A DNA stretch of 25,668 nt from a virus (Duplodnaviria; Caudoviricetes), in IMG/VR virus record IMGVR_UViG_3300030708_000512, positions 1 to 25,668 of that record; one strand, 5' to 3'. The position numbers and the translations under genes were made by a program. The notes beneath the pieces were generated by a model, which saw nothing but the letters and a program-made list of their open reading frames with translations, was not told the origin of the DNA and did not search any database. Positions 8,033-14,763 of this stretch are shown piece by piece (position 1 is the first letter of the stretch; every line of letters begins with the position of its first letter).

Positions 8033-9643
8033 TTATGCAAAAGTTGTAGTTCCTTTCTTCTTTTTCACTACAATTTCTTGCGCTTGGTCTTCTATTAAAG
8101 ACAACAAATATTCATTATGAGAGATAATAAATATTTTTTTATCAGAGGTTAGTTCGTCCATTAATTCACATAGACCTTTAACCCCTTCTCTATCTAAGGA
8201 GTCTGCTATCTCATCAAAGAATATAATGTTTGATTTCTCTGTACCTGCTAGTCTAAGTAGGTCGTTTAGTGATAACATTACAGCGAGAGATACTTTCTTC
8301 TTCTCACCTCCTGACATAGTATCGAAAGATACTTCTGAATCAAAGTTATAGATAGACTCTTTTAATACTTCATCAAACTTAATTGAGAAGTTTCCTTGAG
8401 TCAGTATACTTAGATAATAATTAGAACGGTCATTGAAAAATTCTAAAATGTTACGAATGATATACTTGATAAGACCTTGCTCTGAAAAAGCTTGTTCCCA
8501 AAATCTCATCAGGTCATACATCTTCTGTGATTCTGCCATTTCGGTAGAATACTTCTTAGACATTTTCTGTTGACCTCTAACTTGGTTTTGTAAAACTTTA
8601 ATTTCTACTTCTATCTTCTTTAGGTTTTCAATCAGTTCAAAATCACTAGCACTTATAGGGAGATGTAAACTGTCAATATTAGAATTTATTTTTTTAATCT
8701 TCTTCTGTAAGACACTTCTCTTATCGTATTGTTCTTCTAGAGATTTCTTATAATCCTTCAATTGATTATAAATTACTAATGGTTTCTTACCACAATGTTC
8801 ACATGTCGTATTATCCTCATACTTCTCTATGTTAGATTTTAATTTAGTAATCCTGTTAGAGGTGTAGTTTAGTGCTTCCTCTTGACTGCGACATTCTAAA
8901 ATCCACGAGTTTCGCTTAGTCTCAATCTCTTGTAGCTCAGATAAAGAGAACTTCTTAAACAACTTAGGGTCACCACCTTCTAATGTAGCAGCTGCTTTCT
9001 TTTGAGATTTTCTAAGCTGTGATATTCTATCTTTAAGCTTGTTACACTTTTGCAAGGACTCAGATTGTAACGTTGCTGATACCTTCTTCTCATTGTTGAA
9101 CTTTGTTTTTAAAGACCTAATCTTAGACCTATGTTTGAACAGGTCTGATAAGTTTAAAAAGTTTTGTATGATAGACCTTTTCTCATCAGGTGTAGCAGAT
9201 AGAAAGTTCATTGAGTTTTGCTGACCGAATACCATCGAAGCTAGGAAAACATTATAATTAATGTTCAACGTCTTCTCTAAGTATTCTTGAGTCTGCTGTA
9301 TCCCTTCTCTAGTAAATGATTTACCATCAATCTCTAAAAGTAAAGATGGTGGTTTCTTGGTTCTAGTAATTACAACGTTATCGTTTACAGTCAGAGTTAC
9401 TCTACAAGGAACTTTAGCATGTGAGTACCTTACATTCTTTTCTGTAGTTTTACGAATTGTCTTGCCGAACAAAGCAAAAGCCACAGCTTCTATTATTGTA
9501 GATTTTCCTGCTCCGTTAGAAGAAAGGGTCTTCGTATCTAAATTATGACCTGCAATATGGGTAATCCCATTATACTTTTCAAAATTTACTTCTGCTTCTT
9601 TTACTGAAAGGAAGCCTTCGATTTTAACTTTATTTATCTTCAT
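8033..9643 (-). CDS. recombination ATPase, T4 gp46 / SbcC-Rad50-like
   Basis: Walker A 'SNGAGKST', coiled coil with zinc hook 'CEHC', signature 'MSGGEK', Walker B 'IIFFDE', 'ISH'. Confidence 0.92.
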   Translation of the reverse strand: MKINKVKIEGFLSVKEAEVNFEKYNGITHIAGHNLDTKTLSSNGAGKSTIIEAVAFALFGKTIRKTTEKNVRYSHAKVPCRVTLTVNDNVVITRTKKPPSLLLEIDGKSFTREGIQQTQEYLEKTLNINYNVFLASMVFGQQNSMNFLSATPDEKRSIIQNFLNLSDLFKHRSKIRSLKTKFNNEKKVSATLQSESLQKCNKLKDRISQLRKSQKKAAATLEGGDPKLFKKFSLSELQEIETKRNSWILECRSQEEALNYTSNRITKLKSNIEKYEDNTTCEHCGKKPLVIYNQLKDYKKSLEEQYDKRSVLQKKIKKINSNIDSLHLPISASDFELIENLKKIEVEIKVLQNQVRGQQKMSKKYSTEMAESQKMYDLMRFWEQAFSEQGLIKYIIRNILEFFNDRSNYYLSILTQGNFSIKFDEVLKESIYNFDSEVSFDTMSGGEKKKVSLAVMLSLNDLLRLAGTEKSNIIFFDEIADSLDREGVKGLCELMDELTSDKKIFIISHNEYLLSLIEDQAQEIVVKKKKGTTTFA

Positions 9644-10655
9644 CTCTAATCATGTTGAGTGCACTAAGTAGTTCTTCCTTTTCAAATATAGAATCTTTAC
9701 TATCAATGTAATCATTAATAACAGAAGAATCTAAGGAGAATAACTTTTTATCAGGAGTGTAATCAGATACGAACTTAGGTAAGATATCTTCAAAAGATAT
9801 ATCTAAGTAATCTACATTGTAATCCTTGATTATTTTATCATGTAGTTGTCTCTCTACATATTCGTCTAGCCTATCAATCTTCAACCTCAAAACAATAAAA
9901 TAGTTTTCAAAATTTACTTTCTTGGCTATGCCATCTAACTCATCTAATGTACAAGCTATATGTTTGATTCCATACTTGATAGGAGTCCTAACCACTTGTA
10001 CAGTTTTATCTTTTCTAATAACTAAAGAATGTAAGTACTTGGAAGAGTTAGCTTCTCCAAATGAATTAGAGTATTGAGTTCCTAATACATGTATACGGTC
10101 ATCATATATTTTAGGTTTGTGTATATGACCTAAGAATGTATATTTCTTTTTAGGAAAGTGCCACCTTCTTAATTTAGATTCGTACAGATAATCTCCATTA
10201 GAAACACATCCCTCAAATCCAAAATGTCCAAACACATGGTTCTTGGCTTTCTTAACCTCTTCAACTATCTTTTCCTCACTTTCATAATGAGGTATAAAAT
10301 CAAAATTAACCCCCGCAATGTTTATAGTTTCAGTATCACATATAATGTGAGCTCTGTCTGCAAACAAAGATAAGGTGGAGTCTGAACTACCATCCTTCCT
10401 TATCGTATCGTGATTACCTCTTAACACATAAATGTCTTTACATTTAAGGCTATTTAGTAAATTACCAAAAGCTAGAAGTTCAGTGCCTCTAGGATTTCTA
10501 CGGTGAAAGATATCCCCTGCAATTACTACAGAGTCAGGTGGTTTAGTGTTAACTAGCTTGATTAATGTTTCTATCTGTTTGTCTAGAAATCCAGGAATGT
10601 AATCACTCCTTAAATGTATATCAGTTAGTAATGTAACTCGGTGTGTATTAGACAT
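9630..10655 (-). CDS. recombination nuclease, T4 gp47 / SbcD-Mre11-like metallophosphoesterase
   Basis: 'TDIH', 'AGDIF', 'GNHD', 'GHF', 'GHIH'; directly upstream of gp46. Confidence 0.92.
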   Translation of the reverse strand: MSNTHRVTLLTDIHLRSDYIPGFLDKQIETLIKLVNTKPPDSVVIAGDIFHRRNPRGTELLAFGNLLNSLKCKDIYVLRGNHDTIRKDGSSDSTLSLFADRAHIICDTETINIAGVNFDFIPHYESEEKIVEEVKKAKNHVFGHFGFEGCVSNGDYLYESKLRRWHFPKKKYTFLGHIHKPKIYDDRIHVLGTQYSNSFGEANSSKYLHSLVIRKDKTVQVVRTPIKYGIKHIACTLDELDGIAKKVNFENYFIVLRLKIDRLDEYVERQLHDKIIKDYNVDYLDISFEDILPKFVSDYTPDKKLFSLDSSVINDYIDSKDSIFEKEELLSALNMIRDEDK

Positions 10656-12169
10656 TATAATAATTCTGCAAGGTTTGTAGGGTTCATGTTAGTATCAAAG
10701 TGGACCTCTTCTACGCTTCCAAAAGAATCTCCAACTTCAACGTCGACCTTCATAGGTACTTTAAAATCCATATTGTATTTGGTCTTTAGATATGTTATAT
10801 CCTCCATAACTTCTTTGATAAGCTTAACAACCGCTTCCGTATTCTCAGTATCACATTGAACCTCAATACTATCGTGAACCGTAGCTAGTATTTCTACATC
10901 ATCCATACCTAACTCATTTATTCTATTTTGCATGTTTAGCAATGAATTTAAAACCATGTCTGACGTAGAGCTTTGTATAACAAAGTTTAACCCTTGTCGT
11001 AATGCTCTATATTGATAGCGAGTGATTGGACTATTAACGTTTGGAAGATTCCTACGTCTACCAAATAAACTCATAGAGTATCCATTCTTTTTAGTATAAG
11101 TGTTTACGATTTTCATAAACTTAAATATGCCTGGAAACTGAGTCTGAAACCTAGAGAAGATGTCTTTAGCGTAACCTTCAGACTTCCCTATTTGCTCTGC
11201 TAATTTTTTATAAGAACCTCCATACACAATCAAGAAGATACAAGACTTGGCTACCTGCCTTTCTTCTTTAGTGACATCTCCTAGCGTTTTGCTGAATACT
11301 AAAGATGCAGTATAAGTATGTAAGTCTTCTCCTGATTTAAACGCATCAATAAGATTCCTATCATTACTACAGTGAGCTAAAACTCTAAGCTCTGCTTGAG
11401 AGAAGTCAGCAGCTATAAACGTCTTACCTGAATCAGATAACATTAGGTTTCTAAGATTTACACCGTCTGCCGTAGTCCTAGGAAGTGTGTGAAAGGATAC
11501 ACCTTTACTTTGCTCTTTCTTTCTTCCTGCGGAATACTTAGAACAACTTAACCTTCCTGTAACAGTAGCTGCAAAGTTATACTGAGAGTATATCCTACCG
11601 TTACCATTGTTTTCTAATGCAGCCTCAACTCCCTTAACATAAGTCTTATATTGTTTAGATAATACCTTGTAAGCTAAAAGCTTTTCAATAAAAATTTTAG
11701 CAGGGTTTGTAGATGATAGTCCTTTGATAACACTTTTCAAATGTTCCTCAGTAATAGATGGTGCTTTTGTTTTTTCTGATACCATGGTCGGAATAAGACC
11801 GAACCCTTCTTTAGTAAACAATAAATCAGCAATCTCTCTAGTGGAGTTTGGATTCAACTCACCATCTAGAGGGGACAAATCATTCAACTCTATCACAGCA
11901 TCATCTAGCCTTTTACCTAACGTTACATCTAACTCTTTCAAGTATTCAGTATCAACCTTCATACCTCTGTTCTCAACTTCACCTAAAGCAAGAGTTACCT
12001 CTTTTAAAAGTTTATCATAAATGGGTGCTACGTGTAAAGACTTCATCTCTTTACGCATTTGCTTCCAACAGCGTAAAGTTAAGTCGCAGTCAGCAGCGTT
12101 ACCTATAGCCATAGAATGAAGAGGCATGTTAGCCCAATCGTGGTCAGCTCCGTTATTTACTGTAAGCAT
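10655..12169 (-). CDS. family A DNA polymerase, C-terminal part (ExoIII helix plus polymerase domain)
   Basis: 'TVTGRLS', motif A 'DFSQAELRVLA', motif B 'RQVAKSCIFLIVYGG', motif C 'TVHDS'; N-terminal 'GNAADCDLT' is ExoIII-like. Confidence 0.92.
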   Translation of the reverse strand: MLTVNNGADHDWANMPLHSMAIGNAADCDLTLRCWKQMRKEMKSLHVAPIYDKLLKEVTLALGEVENRGMKVDTEYLKELDVTLGKRLDDAVIELNDLSPLDGELNPNSTREIADLLFTKEGFGLIPTMVSEKTKAPSITEEHLKSVIKGLSSTNPAKIFIEKLLAYKVLSKQYKTYVKGVEAALENNGNGRIYSQYNFAATVTGRLSCSKYSAGRKKEQSKGVSFHTLPRTTADGVNLRNLMLSDSGKTFIAADFSQAELRVLAHCSNDRNLIDAFKSGEDLHTYTASLVFSKTLGDVTKEERQVAKSCIFLIVYGGSYKKLAEQIGKSEGYAKDIFSRFQTQFPGIFKFMKIVNTYTKKNGYSMSLFGRRRNLPNVNSPITRYQYRALRQGLNFVIQSSTSDMVLNSLLNMQNRINELGMDDVEILATVHDSIEVQCDTENTEAVVKLIKEVMEDITYLKTKYNMDFKVPMKVDVEVGDSFGSVEEVHFDTNMNPTNLAELL

Positions 12170-12171
12170 TT

Positions 12172-13170
12172 TTAATAAACATCTAGTTCGTTTGGATAAT
12201 ATTCCTTGGTTAAATCTTTCAAGGAGTGAGGTTTGTTCTCGTCGATAAGCGAGTGGATGATTTGACTGTCCTCTATGTTGTTAAAGTCTGTCAATCCCCA
12301 ATGTCTTAAAAACTTGTAATCGAATTTCATATTGTGAGCAATCTTTACTATATTAGGATTAGCCATTAGCTCTCCACATCTTTTCTTGATATGTGCAAGC
12401 TCACTATCAGTCCATTCCGATTCTTTGTGAAATACAGGAAACACAAAAGAATGATTATCTTTATATGCAAATCCACAAGTCAATAGTTTATGTTTCTGAA
12501 AATCAAGACCTTCTGTTTCAAGGTCAAACGCAACTGCTTCAGATTTAAAACATTCATCCATAAGTAAATCAAACTTTTCGATATCTCCGTTTATCAACTC
12601 GTAAGGAGAATCATCAAATTTATTTACTTTCAATATAAACTTAGAGTAAGAATTATTTAAGTCCTGTAAGAACAGGTCTCTTAACTTAGGTTCAGCATAT
12701 ATCGAAAATGGATGAAAAGAGGGAACGATATGAATCTCTGTCTCCTCCTCATCTGCAAGCTTCACTGTGAACTCTTTGCCTCGCTTGTTTCCGATACCTG
12801 ATTTCTTGGTCAAGGTTTTCAAAGCTAAGTTGCCTAGAGGTATCACAAGGTCAGGCTTAATAGCCATCAGGTCCTCTTCCAGAAGCTCTCTATGCTTCGC
12901 GAATAGTTCTTTCGTCATGTCTTCCTCCTTAATGTTAACGTCCTTCACAGCAGCTACAAACTGGTATGAGGTGGAGGGTAAATCGCTCTTTGCAATCAAA
13001 TCAGTAAGAACTTTGTACTCATCATCATTGAATTCATATACTCTTCCGTACTTACGTTGATAAGAATCATGTATAAATACAATCTTCTCATCTCCTACGG
13101 GTAGTCTTACAAGGTCGTTTGTGCATTCTTGATTTTCAAAAGAATTAAATAAATTTTCTAAGTCACTCAT
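12172..13170 (-). CDS. family A DNA polymerase, N-terminal part: UDG family 4-like domain plus 3'-5' exonuclease motifs I and II
   Basis: UDG-like 'IKPDLVIPLGNLALK...RG...PSFHP'; ExoI 'AFDLETEG'; ExoII 'AHNMKFD'; 'HSLKDL'; ends before ExoIII. Confidence 0.85.
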   Translation of the reverse strand: MSDLENLFNSFENQECTNDLVRLPVGDEKIVFIHDSYQRKYGRVYEFNDDEYKVLTDLIAKSDLPSTSYQFVAAVKDVNIKEEDMTKELFAKHRELLEEDLMAIKPDLVIPLGNLALKTLTKKSGIGNKRGKEFTVKLADEEETEIHIVPSFHPFSIYAEPKLRDLFLQDLNNSYSKFILKVNKFDDSPYELINGDIEKFDLLMDECFKSEAVAFDLETEGLDFQKHKLLTCGFAYKDNHSFVFPVFHKESEWTDSELAHIKKRCGELMANPNIVKIAHNMKFDYKFLRHWGLTDFNNIEDSQIIHSLIDENKPHSLKDLTKEYYPNELDVY

Positions 13171-13182
13171 CTATCATATGTT
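13171..13182. promoter_or_regulatory. 12-bp divergent spacer with overlapping -10-like hexamers
   Basis: plus TATCAT at 13172-13177, 5 nt before ATG 13183; minus TATGAT at 13173-13178. Confidence 0.4.
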
Positions 13183-13557
13183 ATGGCTAAAAAGAAAAAG
13201 AAAAAATCCCATTACTTAAATAATAAGGATTTCGAGAAATTGATAAAAGATTATTTAGAAGACCCATCTACTTATGAAAGCGAGTTGGTGGAGAAATTGG
13301 ACATTTTAATTACCAATATTTTACACACGTTCAAATTTAGAGTTGACCCTGATGATGCGAAGCAGGAATGTTTTGCATTAGCTTTCAAAGTTCTTAAGAA
13401 TTTTGACCCGGAGCATGGCTCAGCCTTTAATTACTTTACTACAGTGTTCGTTAATAATCTAAAATTAATGTATACTAAAAACAGAAAGTATAACGAAAAA
13501 ATTAAAAAGTATCAAGACATCCATACCCCTGAGTACCTAAGAAAGCAAGATTCCTAA
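13183..13557 (+). CDS. late-transcription sigma factor, T4 gp55-like (compact)
   Basis: 'HYLNNKDF', 'DDAKQE', 'NFDPEHGSAFNYFTT' match the gp55 / sigma region 2 pattern (HYVNN...NFDP...AFxYFT). Confidence 0.75.
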   Translation: MAKKKKKKSHYLNNKDFEKLIKDYLEDPSTYESELVEKLDILITNILHTFKFRVDPDDAKQECFALAFKVLKNFDPEHGSAFNYFTTVFVNNLKLMYTKNRKYNEKIKKYQDIHTPEYLRKQDS

Positions 13558-13868
13558 TTTTTAAACGCTTCGTAAATATAAGGAATATACTCAGTCTTTC
13601 TAATCCTACCTTTTATAGCCTGTATTAAACAAGGTACAGTAGTAACTCTGTAAGCTACAAAAGAGTGAGGTAGTTCAAAACTGTTTACAACATGGACTGT
13701 CTCATCACCGTCTTTGTCTACCCACTTGTCTTGGAGATAATCTAATAAGGCTAAGCTTCTATCATCCCATTTAGAATAGTAAAGAACTAAAAAGTCTTCC
13801 TCTTTCTTTCTACGGAATACGTTATTTAAGAAACTTTCTTTTTTTACAAAATTAATTTTCCTTGCCAT
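13554..13868 (-). CDS. thioredoxin-fold protein lacking CxxC
   Basis: 'FLVLYYSKWDDRS' at the WCxxC position; 'VHVVNSFELP', 'YRVTTVPCL' cis-Pro loop; 104 aa. Confidence 0.6.
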   Translation of the reverse strand: MARKINFVKKESFLNNVFRRKKEEDFLVLYYSKWDDRSLALLDYLQDKWVDKDGDETVHVVNSFELPHSFVAYRVTTVPCLIQAIKGRIRKTEYIPYIYEAFKN

Positions 13869-14229
13869 TAGACTCTTTAACCTCTTCTAGCATTGCCTTC
13901 CCTTTTGCAGCGAGTTCTTCGCGAGTTGGTTCAGGTCTATCATTTTCACCATTAACAAGTTTATCTCTCTCCTCTTTCGGCATATTGTTAATATGCTCGG
14001 TAAGTTGAGCCATAAAGCTGTCAATACCTTTGTAGAATAAGATTTTTGCAAATTGGTCTTTGCTCATCTCAGGCGGTTTAGCTGCATCTTCGAGCGCTTT
14101 AAATTGCTCTGTTTCAGCCTTAGTCATTTTAATGTATAGTTTCATTCGTCTATTACTTTCTTTTACTGTAAATTTCCAATTAATCTCTTCAGGATTAAAA
14201 GTGTAGAAAACTTCTTTATTGCTAGTCAT
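13852..14229 (-). CDS. hypothetical protein, possible ribbon-helix-helix DNA-binding domain
   Basis: 'MKLYIKMTKAETEQFKAL...MSKDQFAKILFYKGI' has a strand-helix-helix pattern. Confidence 0.4.
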   Translation of the reverse strand: MTSNKEVFYTFNPEEINWKFTVKESNRRMKLYIKMTKAETEQFKALEDAAKPPEMSKDQFAKILFYKGIDSFMAQLTEHINNMPKEERDKLVNGENDRPEPTREELAAKGKAMLEEVKESNGKEN

Positions 14230-14247
14230 AGCATACTATTATAGTGT
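14230..14247. promoter_or_regulatory. putative bidirectional promoter (overlapping -10 boxes)
   Basis: near-palindrome ACTATTATAGT; plus TATTAT at 14237-14242, minus TATAAT at 14238-14243, between divergent ATGs 14229 and 14248. Confidence 0.6.
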
Positions 14248-14763
14248 ATGTCAAGCAAAAAAAATCCAAATGATTTGCTAAAGTTCAAAAACGATTTCCA
14301 CGTAAAACCACGTATCAACGGAAGACGTAAAGGAAACGCTTTCGAACGTCAAGTCGCTAAAACCCTCAACGAGCGGTTCAATACAGATGAATTCAGCCGA
14401 ACTCCAGGAAGTGGTGCTTTTGCTACTACTCATAAATTACCAGAACATTTACAGATACACGGAGATTTAATTACTCCTGAAAATTTTAAATTTGTTATAG
14501 AAGCTAAACGAGGTTATAATCTTCAATTAGAAGATTTATGGAAACCAAAGAGTAAGTTCTATGAATTTATAGAACAAGCTTCTAGAGATGGGGAAGCAGC
14601 CAAGAAACCTTGGCTTCTAATATATAAGAGAGATAGACAGAAAGAAATAGTAATATGTTCTCATAAATTTAGTATTAATGAGAAAGCTCTCGTAGATGGA
14701 AAATATTATATTTATATGTTAGAGGATTTATTAACTCTGAATGATTTAGAGTTTATAATTTAG
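14248..14763 (+). CDS. Holliday junction resolvase, Hjc-like PD-(D/E)XK nuclease
   Basis: 'KGNAFERQVA', 'RTPGSGA', 'GDL', 'IEAK', 'PWLLIYKRDR'. Confidence 0.8.
   Translation: MSSKKNPNDLLKFKNDFHVKPRINGRRKGNAFERQVAKTLNERFNTDEFSRTPGSGAFATTHKLPEHLQIHGDLITPENFKFVIEAKRGYNLQLEDLWKPKSKFYEFIEQASRDGEAAKKPWLLIYKRDRQKEIVICSHKFSINEKALVDGKYYIYMLEDLLTLNDLEFII

Noticed and set aside
10655-12169. DpoZ / 2-aminoadenine DNA system
   Set aside because: No purZ, datZ or mazZ in the window, and a normal trimeric dUTPase is present; nothing supports it here.
12160-12280. Intron, intein, stop read-through or canonical -1 slippery site at the polymerase split
   Set aside because: The gap is only 2 nt, there are no intein termini, the ORFs are in different frames so read-through cannot join them, and no X XXY YYZ heptamer was found.
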